NCBI RefSeq assembly: GCF_963921235.1
Contig: NC_086098.1
Span: forward strand, 154,566,001 to 154,630,000
Length of the DNA stretch: 64,000 bases
Source of the DNA: Mobula hypostoma
Taxonomy: Eukaryota
Direction: 5' to 3'
Under the pieces are notes generated by a model, which saw nothing but the letters and a program-made list of their open reading frames with translations, had not been told where the DNA came from and did no database searches. Every line of letters begins with the position of its first letter. Positions within the stretch are counted from its first letter, which is position 1. Positions 36,901-51,559 of this stretch are shown piece by piece. The translations under genes were made by a program, and so were the position numbers.

Positions 36901-38859
36901 TACAATATGTTTATACGCTGATTCTTTAAAGTAAAACAAATGAATTTCATGTACAGATGTTACATTTTCGATTGTAGCTGACACATATTTCAACCGTGGG
37001 GAAATATGTATTACGTCCTGCTGGGCATTCTAAAATTGAATTCGTTCTGAAATTAATATCATCAATGTAATTTTATCCCAAAGTAATTCAAATCTACCTG
37101 ATCTACGGTGGCGTTTTTGCCTTGTTCAATACGTCCGATAAGAGTATCATTTTTCAAAAGTTTGCATAGATAGTGAAGATTATCAAACTTTGGCATTCCA
37201 TTAAATAAAATAGACAACGTCGTTCTAACGTTCTGCTAGTTATTGAGAAGATTTTCCACCTGAAGAAACCGTAATCACTATGGCTACATCAGGAAGTGGT
37301 GTAATTACTTGTCAGCGAAATTTACATACATATTAATAGAAGTCCTGATAGTGCCTTTATTTGAACGTCGTAGGCATATTCGATTTCCAATTTTAGCATT
37401 GTATTGTACATGGAAGTGGTTTTTCTACAGCTTTCAGGGAGACAAGGGCTTGTGAACCCTGTGTAAGCAGCGGTGCAGAGCAGAGTAGGAGTTATCAGAG
37501 TTGAAACTAATGACATTTTTGCTTCTTCAGAACTATGAGTTTCATTCGAGGTGATTTCGGCTTACGTACATAACAACCCATGTTTCAAAATCTTAAACAT
37601 TGAAAGTGTTAGTCCAAAGCATTTCTGGTAAATATAGTCTGACGCTGGTTGATTATGTAAGTCTATTTTGGGCTTCACAATAGTATAGTGCCGAAGATAG
37701 CGTAGCGACATTTGTACATTAGTTTGTAGAATTTATTTAATGATAGCATTAAGTATGAAATGTATCCACCGTGGCCATAGTATGGAGGTCGAGAAAACGG
37801 TATCTTAAATATAAGATAAATATGTCCAATAAATAACATAAAAGATAAGCTTCAGGCAAATGAGAATACGGATTGTAGTCACTTCTTTCTAATTGGTTAT
37901 ACAAGTTGCTCTATCTCGATAAGAAATGAATAGTAAGAGCAGGTATGCAACTAATTATTGAAATTCATGCATGGGATATTGAAACTGGAACAGTAATATC
38001 ACGTAATCTTCATCAGTCACTCTGGACTGAGGCCGCTGGATGTCCCTTCTCTGAATATGGAAGGTCGATATCCTTGGTCTAAGGCGTTCACTGTAACTTT
38101 TTTTACAGCTGCTCGGACCAGCCATTGTTCTGAGCAGGACATGTTTACGCGGCCTCTGAACTGCGCAGTACTTTAAAATCACATTATATCAAAGAAAATT
38201 CCAGTTGCGCGTCCACAAAGACTATGTGCGCGAAGAATTTCCGTTACTGCACGGCAGGTGGACGAATATAGTTTGTGTGGCAGAATTTTCTGTGTTGTGA
38301 TAGGACGATAAGATGACTAGATTACGGCCCGTCCTTTGAACTGCACTTGAAGATTTTGTCAAACGGCCCGGTTCGTTTCAAACGATCAAACATTCATTCA
38401 ACATTTCTGATTTTTTGCTGTCATTCAGACACGTTTAAAATCCTTAAAATACATTTAACAATTACAAACTCAAACAGTAACTAAATATTTAAACGATTTA
38501 AAGGAAAATGAACAGGAATGGATAAAATCTAATGTATGCATGGCTTCCTTTTTTTTATCAAACATCTTCACAATCCGCATTCAAGCGAGTGGCCCGAAGG
38601 AAAAGACAAAGAGTGCAGTAAGTTCCAACTCCATTGCTGAACACTTGGAGCGTCGGGAAATGGAACCGATGGGTCATGCAGATGGAGCTCGGGCAGCTGG
38701 ATTGAATTCTCCCAGTAACAATATCGAAAAGTGTTGGCATTTCCATGTAAAAATGACAGCCGATCCAAAACCTGTTGGGGATGGATGACAGGAGCATTTT
38801 TATTTCAAGTTGTGGGTCAGCTCACAGAGTTAGCTGCCCGCGTAACGGAGAGGTAATTT

Positions 38860-39870
38860 ATACATAGAAGTATGTAAATGAACGCAGTTAGTATGAAAGC
38901 AAAGAAAAGCCTTTTGCCCACGATGTTGTGCCGACCTTTTAACTTAATCCAAAATCAGTCTAACCATTCCCTCCCGCATAGTCCGCCATTTTTCTTTCCT
39001 CCATTGGCTTAAGAGTTTCTTAAATGTCCCTAATATATTTGCCTCTACCACCACACCTGGCGAGTTATTCCACGAATGCACCACTCTGTGTAAAGAACAT
39101 TGCTCTGACATCCTTCTATATTTTCGTCCAATCACCTTAAAATTATGTTCTCTTTAAAATGTCATTACCTCCCTCGTGAAAAGGCACTGGCTATCCACTT
39201 TATCTATTCCTCTTAGTCTATGCACCCCTGTCAGGTCGTCTTTCAACCGACTTTATTCCAAAGCGAAAAGCCCCAGCTCGCTCAATTTATGCTGATAAAA
39301 CATGTTCTCTAATCCAAGCGGCATCATGGTAAATCTCCTCTAAACCCTCTCTACAGACAGCACGTTCTTCCTACAATGACCAGAATCAAACACAATAACG
39401 GAAGTGTGGTCTAACCAGTATTGTATGTAAATACAACATTAGCTGGCGGCCCTTCAACGCGATGCCCTGGCTAATGAAGTCTGCATGCCTTCTAAACAAA
39501 CCTATTGACTTGCGCGGCAACTTTTGAGTGATCTATGCGCGTGGATAGATCCCTTTGTACTCTAGACTGCTAAGAATCTTCCCTTTAACCTTGTACGCTG
39601 CCTTCGTTTTCGCTCTTCCAAAGTCCATCACTTCACATTTTTCTGCATTGAAAACCATCTGACACTTAATAGCCCAGCTACGCATCCCATCAACGTCCCG
39701 TTGTAAACTACGGCAATCTTATCGACAACACCAATAACCTTGTGTCAACTATCCCATCGACCTGTACATAGACCATAGTCCTCCATACCCCTCCTATCCA
39801 TGTTCCTTTAATATTTAAATTTCGAACCCGCATACACTACTTCCACTGGCAACACGTTCCGCACACTCAT
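38860..39870 (-). mobile_element. Decayed CR1-like 3' fragments
   Basis: Minus-strand translations with SFFTQRVMSVRNVLP and LHRVVHSWNNSP. Confidence 0.65.
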
Positions 39871-40245
39871 TACTCTCTGAGTGAAGAAGCTCCCCCTCAT
39901 GTTCCCCTTAAACATTTCACCATTCATCCTTAGCCCATGACCTCTAATTGTCGCAACCAGGGATTCGGCAATGCAGTAGATTCGGCAACTGAGCTCGTGA
40001 ATATGCACGTGTCAGCCAATTACTACTTCATTGTGACAGTATTTAACTCCATTCGTGCCGTCGTAGTGTTTGCCGAGACTTAAACCAGCAGCACTTCGCT
40101 GCCCGCATTCGGCCTTGCCTGAGAAATTGGACTGCTGAGTCAACTGAATTTTAAGACTAGCGGTATTCGTTTAATTCTTAGTTGTTCTTTACAGCCGAAA
40201 TGTAGGCTTCGTTTCCATTTGTGAGTTTTAACTAACGTCCCTATT

Positions 40246-41910
40246 TGGCATCGTGCAAGGGGGCGTTGAAGCAGACCCAAATGCAAGACACAGACAATGA
40301 AGTACTAGGAGCTGGACAAAGATTATCAAGAATGCAAGGGAAGTCGGGAAGCAAGGATTGATCAGAAGGAAATCCAGGAGAGAGCAAAGCAGAAGCGGGA
40401 AGAAACGAAGCTGGACACGGACACGGGTCCTGGACTAAACAGGGACACAGGGCCTGGACTAGGATTTGGACCTCGAACACGGGACCTGGACGGGGAACTT
40501 AGAACTAGGAGCCTGGACAAGGATTCCGAACCAGAGACTGAACAAGGACTCAGAACCTGTGTCTTGACTGGGACTCGGAACCTGTTATGGTCTGGTCCGT
40601 GGGGCCCTGTTCTGGTCATGGTCCGGTCCGTGGTTCCTTGTCCCGGGGTTTCTGGTTTTCCCTTGTGTCTGTTTTTGGAAGGTGATTCTCGTTTTGGGGC
40701 TGAGACTTAAATATCTCTGCAAACCAGGGATTCCCTGCTGGGCTGTCCTCTTCCCCTCCCTGTCTTTTCCCTCGCCTGACTCTCTGCCTGGATATCTCAC
40801 CTGCACCATTGGCGAGTTCAATCGCCAATGCAGATGTAGAACTGTCTATCGTTCTTCAGTGAAGAACCTGGGTCTTGACTAGGATTCGGAACCTGGGTCT
40901 TGACTAGGACTCGGAACCTGGGTCTTGACTCTGACTTGGAATCTGGGTCTTGGCTAGGACTTGGGACTAGGATCTTGGCTAGGACTCGGGAGTAGGATCT
41001 TGGCGTGGACTCTGAACTAGGATCTTGGCTAGGACTCGGGACTACGATCTTGGCTAGGACTCGGGACTAGAATCTTTGCTAGAACTCAGGACTCGGATCC
41101 TAGCTAGGACTCGGGACTAGGATCTTAGCTAGGACTCGGAACTAGGATCTTGGCTAGGACTCGGGACTTGGATCGGACTTGACACTCGACTGGGACTGGG
41201 AACACGAAGCCTTGACTTGGACTGGACTGGAACACGAAGCCTTGACTTGTACTGGACGGGAGCACGAAGCCTTGACTCCAACTGGACTGGAACACGAAGC
41301 CTTGACTTCAACTGGACTGGAACACGAAACAACAGAAATGGGACCCCTCCTTGGACACGGGACATGGGGCCGGGACTTCTCTTAGCCATGGAACACAGAA
41401 TCAGGACCCCTCCTAGGGTACAGGACGTAGGGCCGGGGCTCTTATCAGACACGGACCACAGAGCCAGGACACCTCCTTGTCTACAGGACATAGGGCCGGG
41501 ACTCTTCTCATACACAGAACACTGAACACGAAGAGACAAATCTCCACTCAAAATAGTGGCAAACAGCCGGACCTACCCAGCGGAGGTGAGGACATGAAGA
41601 GACAAGACCACACTACTATAGACTGATCCGTATCTTGACGCAACAAGGCTCCAGCCTCACTCCGGCGGATTAACTTGACGGGGATTCTCAGGAATTCGCA
41701 GACGAGGTTTCAGACGAGGTTTGAGACGAGGTTACAGACGAGGTAACTCACGGAGTTCTGACTGAAATGGTCCAGCCACCATCTCCTGTCCCCAGAGCTA
41801 TTTATGTTGCCAGCCCGAAATGAGAATCAGGAACCTCAATTAAGGCACCCAACAGAACGAGGGAAAAACGGAATAACCAGAGAATGGAATCCACGGACCG
41901 GACCGTGACA
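40246..41910. repeat. Tandem-repeat-rich LTR-like interspersed repeat
   Basis: ~24-bp units (~40940-41170), 30-bp units x~5 (41189-41328), 63-bp units x3 (41341-41525), AGACGAGGTT units (41699-41745); ends in GGACCGGACCGTGACA; no TSD found. Confidence 0.7.
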
Positions 41911-41989
41911 GGCCTAGCGTTTTTTTTTTGTTTTCTTTTCCCTTTTACATAGTTCGCATTAAAGTCAGTGTGCTATCGACCTGCTTCAG

Positions 41990-43800
41990 TGTCTCTCACT
42001 CCACACTGAGCCCATGTCCGAACCACGGTGGCACTAATTCTAGTCTCATCCAATTCTAGTGTGAAAAGCCTGCTAACATTTATCCTATCTATTATTCACA
42101 TCATTTTGTATATCGCTATCCAATCTCCCCTCATTCTCCTATGCTCCAAGGAAGAAAGAGCTAAACTCTTCAATCTTTCCATATAACTAACGTCGTCAGG
42201 TTCAGAAATCATCCTCAGAAATATCCTCGGTACTCCTTCAATTTTGTTGACATCTTTGCAGAAGGCAGTAAGGTGTCCAGAACAGCACGCAAATAGGAAC
42301 GTCTTACTAAGATCCATGAACATCACATCCACAGCTCTACTTTTATCAATTTGTTGAGACACTTTCTCGAAAAAGTCAATCAGGTTCGTGAGACATGAAC
42401 AGCCCCTCGCAAAGCCATGTTGTATGTAATCAGACTATGCTTCTCCAAATGCTCCCAGATCCTGCCTTTAAGAATCATTTCCAAAGTTTGACCACCACTG
42501 ACATGATGCTCACTGGTCTATAATTCCCAGGATTATCCCTAATCCCGTTCTTCAACGAAGTTATAAAACTTAAGACCCTCCAGGCTTCTGGTACTCCTCA
42601 TGTGGCTAGTGACAGATATCACCAAGCAGAACATTCCCTTCCCTCACGGCCCGTAGTAACCAGGGTATACCCCATTCAGCCTCGGGGACTTATGTATTTT
42701 TTCAAAATTTTGAGAATATCCTCTTTCTCAACGTCACATGTTCTAGCATGTCAGCCTGATTTAGGCTGTCCACACACAAGTCAAGGTCCCTCTCAGTGGT
42801 GAATACCGAAGAAAACTATTCATTAATGTCCTCTCCTATCTCCTCCGACTCCAAGCACATGGTTCCTCTTTTTTTACTCACTCTAGTCACCCGGCTGTTC
42901 TTCACCTACGTGTAGAACGTCTCGGGATTTTCCTTAATTATACTCACCAAGCCCTTCTCGTTACCACTCCTAGCCCTCCTAAGTTCATTCTTCATCTCCT
43001 GCCTAACTACTTTGTAACTCTGTAGAGCCCTGTCTGATCTTTGCTTCATAAACATTAAGTGAGCTTCTTTTATCCTCTTGACGGGATGCTTCACATCTCT
43101 TGTCAACCATGCTTCCTTCACACAACCATCCATGTCCATTTGGGAGAACCCTACCCAGAACCCCATTCGTGCTCCCCAGACAACGTCCACATTTCCTTCT
43201 TCATTTCCCTGCGTACATTAGTTGCCAATTTCTGCTCACAAGTTCCTGCCTAATTGCATCATAATTCCCTCTCCTTCAATGCCGTCTGTTCTTATCCCTC
43301 TTCAATGCTTTGGTAAATCAGGGAGTTGTGAACACTCACGAGCAATATGACACCTGACCTGTTCTATTGGCTAGCACCAGATCCAGTAAGGCCTCTCTTC
43401 TAGTTGGCCTGTCAGGCATCCTTCTTGTGCGCACCTAACAAATTCTGTCTTGTCTAAATCTTTTGAATGTAGGCTGTGCTAATCATTATTAGAGAAGTGT
43501 GTGTGTGTGTTTGCAGCTTTCCGAAATCGACCTGCCGACCTATTCCTCGATGTTCCTGTTGCGGGGAGGAGGCGCGCTGCAGAATACCCCCAATACAATG
43601 ATTGCAACCCTTCCTGTTTCTGGCTTCCACTCACAGAAACTCCATAAACGATCTCTCCATAACATCCTCCCTTTCGGTAGCTGCGATTTTCTCCCTGGTT
43701 GGCAATGCCGCTCCTCCACCTCTCTTACCTCCCTCCCTGCCTTATTTGAAATATCTAAACCTGGGAACATCCAGCCCCTATTCCTGCTTCTGTAATTGCT
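41990..43800 (-). mobile_element. Decayed CR1-like composite downstream of the cluster 2 C exon
   Basis: RT and APE-like fragments; 42229 onward is paralogous to 14718 onward. Confidence 0.75.
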
Positions 43801-44438
43801 ATCGTGGATCGAAATGAGATCGTTTCTTCCTAGACTAAAAAGTCATATACATGCTGTTATCGTTTTTTAGTGCATGGCTTTCCAGATGAATGCAAGATCG
43901 TTAGGTCTCGTCATCAGCTCCGCCATTATATAATCGCTTGTATATTTCATTCTTTCGTTAGAAGCACTTGTTGGAGATCAAAGGAATTTCAGTCAATATT
44001 TGAATCTGCCTTTCGCAGGAACGCCGAGATTGGCTGTCTTTTTACATCGGCTCCTTGCGTACTGTAACGCGTTAGTGAATAATAAAACCGCCTTTAACTA
44101 CAGCTACGCCGGGAATGGATTTCTCTGTCTGTCTAGGTTAAGTAAACGGGGAGAACACTTGTGTGAGGGCAGAATAATAGGTGATAACATACTGGCATGG
44201 ATAGAAAACTGATTGCCTGACAAAAAATGAAGTGCAGACATAAATGGCCGATTCTCTAGAGCTAATCTGGAATATGAAATTCACTTACATAAAAGGACCA
44301 CAGCGTGCATTTAATGGATCTGTGTGTGGCGCAGCGAAAAGTCATTAAAAGCGAAATAGCTTTAAATGTTTAGATTATGTTTGCAGATTATATAGAACTG
44401 AATTAAATATCAACATTTATGTTTCAAATGGCAGTACG

Positions 44439-47400
44439 AGTTCCGGTGACGTCATCGTTAATCAATAGCTGCTCTAGAAAAACCGCATATTTTGCACTGA
44501 AAATCCATCAAATATAAGATCTTTCGAAAATATCTGAATTGATAGTGGGGGGCAAGAATGGGGGAAAAAATGGAGATAAAAAAGCACCACTACGGAGCCT
44601 ATGGAAGAGAGAGGTACAACGCGCGGCTCGCAGGCGAAGCGGCAAATATAATAAGGATTCTGGAAGAGATAGGGAAATCCAAAAAGATATAAAACAGCAA
44701 CTAAATGATATAAAGTCAGAGCTCGCCAACGTCAATCAGAAAATAGCGGTGGCAGAGACTCGAATTGAGAAGGTGGAAAATCGCGTGCAAAACGTGGAAC
44801 AGATAGTAAGTAAGACGATAAAAATATTAAATCAACAGGAAAGTAAATTACTTGACCAGGAGGGAAGATCGCGAAAAATATCGGGATTTATAATGTTCCC
44901 GAAGGAGCAGAGGGATTGTCGATGACGGAGTTTGTAGAAAAGTTGCTGCGGGAAGCGCTGGAGATTCCCCAGACTATGGAAATTGAAACTTAGAGGGCTC
45001 ATCATTCGCTCGTCCCGCGGCCTCTCGGACACAGAGAAAGTAAGCCGCGCTCAATAGTACTTAGTTCAAGAGCAAGGCGGAGATTCTACGAAGGGCATGG
45101 GGTAAGAAGAGGATTTTTTGGAACGGGAAGTTAATATACTTAGATCATGATTACTCCCCGCCCCCCGGCGGTCTTACAGAAATGGAAGGAATATTCCAAA
45201 GCAAAACGAATATTAAAGCAAGAAAAGATTAAATTCCAAACCCCGTACCCTGCTAAACTGAGAGTATTTCACCAAGAAAGGATACGACTTTATCAGACGG
45301 TGGAAGAGGCGACCACAGACATGAAGAACAGAGGACTGCCCCTTAGGGTGGTCAAACCAAGGGAAAGTCTGGCTGAGCAGTTATCCCGATTTTATTTAAC
45401 TCACTTTTTAAAAAACTCTTTCATTCATTCCTTTTTCCCCACCTAAATGAGAAGATATACATGGGAGGAATACACAGGGAAATCATTTATGTGTAATGGA
45501 CATAGACTTTTTTACTTACATTTATAGGTACTGCAGCGGGGGTCCTCAACTCACAGGTAGGAGGGGCTATCCCCCACGGCTAGAGGTCTCTTCGAGCTCA
45601 ACCCAGGGTCATCTAGAGACCCCAGCCTTGGAATCACATCTTCGTTACCTTTTTTATTATTATTCGCGTTTCTTGTCTCTTATTTGTTCAGGGAGTAGAT
45701 CGACAAAGTTATATTCTGCAAATTTCAATGATATACTAACAGATAAATACACATGGCTAAGGACAAAGTAAAATTCATTTCTTTTAATGTCAATGGGCCG
45801 TTGAATCCAGTCAAGCGCAGTAAAATTCTATCCAAAATGAAAAAGAAACTCACTTAAGTGATAATGAGCATGGAAAATTAAAGAGAATGGGCTTCACTAA
45901 TTTGTTTTTCTCCTCACATAAATCAGGACATAGAAGAGGAGTTGCTATTCTCATCTCAAGCAAGCTAAATTTTGAAAAAGTATTCGAAATGAGAGATAAG
46001 GAGGGCAGATATATTCTGGTAAGGAGGAATATAGATGGAAATCCAGTTACGTTATTGAATATATACGCCCCCCCCCCAGGAAGTGATATTAGTTTCTTCC
46101 AGAAAATTACTAATATTATGGTAACGGAATCAGAAGGTCTCTTGATATGTAGGAGAGACTTAATTTTACAATTACAACCAAAGTTAGTCGCTTCCAATAG
46201 ACAAACTTATGGAACAAAGTCCTTACATAAGAAAGTTAACACTCTTTTTGAGGATGTTGGTCTAATTGATATATGGAGGGACCTTTTCCCCAACAGAAGG
46301 GATTACACCCATTATTCTGCACCCCCCCCCCCCATTCTGTATGCACAAAAATGGACTATTTCATAACATTTGGGAAAGATAGAGACAAAATAATCACCTG
46401 TGAAATTTGGGCAATAGATGTAAGTAACCATGCACCTATGTATTTATCTGTTGATTTTGACCTACAACTAAAGAATACTATTTGGAAACGAAATTCAAGT
46501 CTACTCAAAGGAACAAATTGAACAAGAAATTGGTCTTTACTTAGAATTCAATGATAATGGTGAGGTTTCACCTCCCATTCTATGGGATACTCTGAAAGCT
46601 GTCTTAGGAGGGAAAATTATAGCGATATCTTCATATAAGAAAAAATAAGGAATAAAACATTATGGGAATTACAAAATGAGCTGAAGGAACTAGAAAAAAA
46701 GCACAAATTGAGTTTGGCACAGGATACACTAGGGGAAATTTTAAAAATTGGGAATGAAATTAATAGTTTGGCTACACAAGAAATTAGAAAAAAAAATTAA
46801 TGTTTCTGAAACAGAGACACTATGAAAGTGGATCTAATTCTATGAAAATACTGGCGTGGAAACTGAAAAAAAGATAGTAGAATATACAATTCATAGAATT
46901 AGGGATCTAAGAACAAAAGTGATAAAAAAAAATAAGCTGTGAAATTCAAGAAGTTTTTGAAATGTTTTACAAAACTCTATATTCCAAAGTTCCAGGGGGA
47001 AGCATAACCCAAATTGACAGATTCTTGAATTCGTTAGAGTGAACCACTTTTAGCAAAGAACAAAATAGAACGATGACTGCTGACATAACTGAAGCTGAAC
47101 TAAAAACTGCTATTAGTAAGCTTAAATTAAGCAAGTCACCAGGATCAGAGGGATATACGGCAGAGTGGTATAAAGAGTTTAGAAGTGAGTTAATTCCTGT
47201 TTTACTCCCCACACTGAACTGGGCCCTAAGAAAGGCGCAAATGCCACCCAGCTGGAAGGAGGCGATAATCTCAGCTATACCGAAAGAAGGCAAGGATAAA
47301 ATGGGATGTGGTTCATTGAGACCAATATCTGTTCTTAATGTGGATTATAGAATATCTACCTGCATCAAGGCCAAACGATTGAAGTTTCTACCCACACTGA

Positions 47401-49744
47401 TACATAATGATCAGACGGGTTTTATACAACAACGCCAAACACAAGACAATATACGAAGGACATTTCACATTATGGATCATATAAAAAATGAAATTGAAGC
47501 AATAGTGATAAGCGTGGATGCTGAAAAGGCATTTGACTCGGTTAATTGGAGTTTTCTTTACAGCATTTTACATAGATTTGGTCTACATGACACAATTATT
47601 AAAACTATACAGGCACTATACGACAATCCTACTGCCAGGATTAAAATCAATGGATATTTATCTAATAGTTTTACCCTAGAAAGAGGCACGAGACAGAGTT
47701 GTGCATGGTCACCGCTATTCTTCGCATTGTACCTGGAACCATTATCTCAATTCATCAGAGAAAATGAAGATATCATGGGAATTACTATTAAAGGGACAGA
47801 GCATAAATTGGCCTGTTACGCGGATGACATTTTGATCTATCTAGGGCAACCAACATACTTTTTACCTAAATTGATGCAATCCTTTGAACAATATGGCCAA
47901 TTATCAGGATACAAGATCAACATAAATAAAACCCACCTACTTTCATATAACCGCAGCCCACCAAGAGACATTGAAAGTAGATATCTTTGGGCATGGCAAA
48001 CAGAGTCCGTCAAATATTTGGGCGCCGTTGTGCCAAAAGATTTGGAAAAATTATCAGAATGCAATTATCAGCCTATATATATAAAAAAAAATAAGGGAGG
48101 TAAAACAAGATGGAACCTAATTCCTTTCCTTGGTCTCAGTTCAAGGATTGAACCTATTAAAATGAATATACTGCCCAGACTATTATATCCCTTTCAGACC
48201 CTCCCAATAGAGATTAATCAAAATCAATTCAATGAACGGAACGAGATGTTATCAAGATATCCATGACAAGGTAAAAGGCCTAGGGTTCGTCTCAAAACTC
48301 TGCAATTAGCCAGAGAAAAGGGGGGATGGGGACCACTTTTTCCTACAGATTATTATTTTGCAGCACAGTTGAGAGCTGTGATATGCTGGTGCAACCCATC
48401 ATATGACGCTCAATGGAAAAACATTGAGGAGAGGATACTTTCCATCCCCATATAGGCAATTTTGGCTGATAACAACCTACAAAGTTACGTAAATAATACT
48501 GAGAACCCATGGGTGAAATGAACACTTAAGAATATGAAAAACTATTATAGTTTTAAACTAGAGAGAGACATTGCAATTCTTAAATGGTGTGCATATGATT
48601 TGGATTTTACGCCGAATAAACTGGATGCTAGATTTAAGGACTGGACAGCTAAAGGAATAACAGCTATTTGCAATATAATGAAAGAAGGAACACTGTTCAG
48701 TTTTGAAATGCTCAAAAAGAAACACTTACTAGAAAAGCAAGACTTTTATCGGTATTTACAGATGCGACACTATGTTAATAGGATGATTAAAAATGTAACC
48801 AAGGCAAGTTCATGTCTGATAGAGCTATTTAGAAAAGCATATAATTCAGACAACGGTAGTAGAATAATTTCAAGCGTGTATAAGTGTTTCTCAAATCTTA
48901 AAACACATTCGACTTCATAGATTAAAACAAAATGGGAGAAGGAAGGAGAGATAATAATATCTGAGGAAGACTGGGCAATAATATGGAGGTATCAATGTAA
49001 GTGTACCAGTTCACAGAAATAGAGGGAGTTCGGGTGGAAACACTTGTTAAGATATTTTATTACACCCTCTCAGAAATCCCATTATGATAGTAACCCCCCG
49101 TTTGCTGGAGAAATTGTGGAAATCAAAAAGCAAATCATTATCATATTTTCTGGAAATGCCCCGTTATCACAGACTATTGGAGTGGGGTAGATAATGCCCT
49201 ACAAGACATCTTTAAATGTTAAATACCCTTTGAGAGTAAGACCATATATTTTGGGTATATACCTCAAGAATGGTTGAAAAGAGACAAATATTTAATGAAT
49301 GTAGTGCTGGTGGCTGGTAAAAAGACCCTTACCAGGAAATGGTTATCACAGGAGAGCCCAACTTTAAATGTATGGATGGAAATTACAATGGGCATTTACA
49401 AAATGGAGAAGATAACAGCATCTGTTAATCATAAGTTGGAACAATTTTATTCATACTGGAAAAATGTTTTAACTACATAACACCTCATAGGCCTGATTTT
49501 ATTCTCACAATTCAATTAATATGTTGTAAAAAAAGATCACTTCCTACTCTGTACATAGTTTTCTTCTTTTGATTGTTCTTTCTTTCCTCTCCTTTCTGTA
49601 AGTGTATACCTCAGATAAATATTATGTGGGGATTTGTGACAAATATGATTATATGATATGTCTGTACAGTATCTAAAATATATCTGATGGATATGTTTTT
49701 TGATGATGAAAGTCAATAAAAAAATAAATTACTGTACAAAAAAA
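44439..49744 (+). mobile_element. Full-length decayed L1-clade LINE (ORF1 ~44539-45446; ORF2 from ATG 45753 to ~49480)
   Basis: Coiled-coil ORF1 with FQTPYPAKLRVF; APE; RT with SVDAEKAFD, GTRQ and YADD; AATAAA and A-rich tail; 15-bp TSD TCAAATGGC(A/T)GTACG at 44424 and 49745; empty site at ~18612. Confidence 0.92.
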
Positions 49745-50640
49745 TCAAATGGCTGTACGTTGTAGAAAAGATAAATGAATGATCGAATGCGAGATGAAGT
49801 GATTAAAGAACCTTGTAAATACTTGGGAGAGGTCTTCAAACTTTAAAAGTCAGAAGGGGATAATATTTCCTTAAACAAAGACTCGTGCAGATTCCAGTAA
49901 ACTGGAGTCCAACCGAATCTCTTTTTTTTTTACTTAAATGTCGCGGTGGTAGGATTCAGACGGTTCAAGCAGATAAGGTAAATCATCAGTCCCAAAATAA
50001 TCAAATATCAAAGTCACAGATTGGCATCAGACCCAACCGTCTTTTTCTGCAGCAGAATTAAGCTCTCAACATCATAAAACGAGATCTGGAGATACACCTT
50101 CCAGAACCTCGGAGTAGACAAATATTTGGTTGATTTCGGCAGCCAAACGATGCTCTGCTTGTCAATCCACGGTGCCAAAGCCTGCAACTGCTTGGAATAT
50201 CTATTATTACGAACTACTGCTGAAACGGGTCCGATTACAGTTTTTCTTACGACCTTCTTATCCAAACCAATTTGTCCATGTCTATCTTTGGTTCTGTTTC
50301 GTGTAGGTACGATCACAAGAAATGACAAAAATAATATCACCTATTTTTGAAAAGCGTTAAGTGCCCTACAAATCAACAGTGGAAGTGAGCTGAATTGCTG
50401 AGATCTGGCTTCTGTGATTTAGGGATCGCAAGAGACACGAAAGAGCTATACAATTGTAATTCCGTTTTGCAGACATTTGGAAATGCTCCAAGCTTGCCTT
50501 CTAATCACATCCTGAACTTCTGACAGGATGTTATGAAGTTACCTCCGCTATATGGTTGTATTAATTGACTATCATGTGGCTAGCCTCCAAATCGTTGATC
50601 TGTCAGTGTTCTTTGACCAGTCGAGTTTATTGTCAATTCG

Positions 50641-50885
50641 TATCCCCAGTTATTTGTAATCCTCCACCATGTCCACACTGACCCCCTGGATGGAAAAAGG
50701 GGTCACCGGTACCTTGGCTGTCCTCAAGTCTACCGCCAGCTCCTTAGTCTTTTTCACATTAAGCTGCAGATAATTCTGCTCACACAATGTGACAAAGTTT
50801 CCTACCGTAGCCCTGTACTCAGCCTCATCTCCCTTGCTGTAACGCATGATTAATTGAGATACTGTCGCCTTCCCGTCAGCTTCAT
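50641..50885 (-). mobile_element. Rex1/Babar-like RT fragment
   Basis: GDEAEYRATVGNFVTLCEQNYLQLNVKKTKELAVDLR. Confidence 0.7.
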
Positions 50886-51559
50886 CCAGTTTGGCCATTC
50901 TCCTTTGAGCTCGCTTGTTAATAATTATATATTTTTGTTTGTTTTAGTATTATTCTCTTAAACTCCAATAAAGTGACCACTGACTGTATATGAAAGAGTA
51001 CAGAACATTTAACAGAAAGCCGTTAGCTGAAAGTGCAAATACAAGCATGGACCGACAGATAATACCCAGGCATGCCGGCTAGACTATGTGGATTGGGACC
51101 CGAATGTTAAAGGTAACGTCATATTCAGGAAGGACAGGAAGATGAGAAAATGCACAAGGATTCGTTGATAGTGAATGCTGAACACAGAGAAATGAAGATC
51201 GATGGCCTATTTTCAGGGCACGGAAAGGAAGAGGTGGTTTGAAAAATAATACAGCAAAATTCTCCTGTGGTAGATGAATCCTGGCCCAAATACAGTAGCA
51301 ATACAATAGGGCAACGTGCATCCGCAGAAACAGAGGCTGTTAACCATAATTGCACGTTCATGATTATTTGGAATTATACTGCAAAGTAAACAAATGGGTC
51401 AAAGTCTGTGAGGTGCTCGTTAAATATTTTGAAATATTTTAGAATAGCGTGCTCTAGCGCCAGCCAAAGGACACTAAGAAGGAGTTAGAGGCGGAGATTC
51501 CATTGGAATCAACCGCAACTTTATTAATCAGAGAATCAAGCAGGAGTTCTACAAAAATG

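Noticed and set aside
41189-41328. CRISPR-like 30-bp repeats
   Set aside because: Head-to-tail tandem units without unique spacers, in vertebrate DNA with no cas genes
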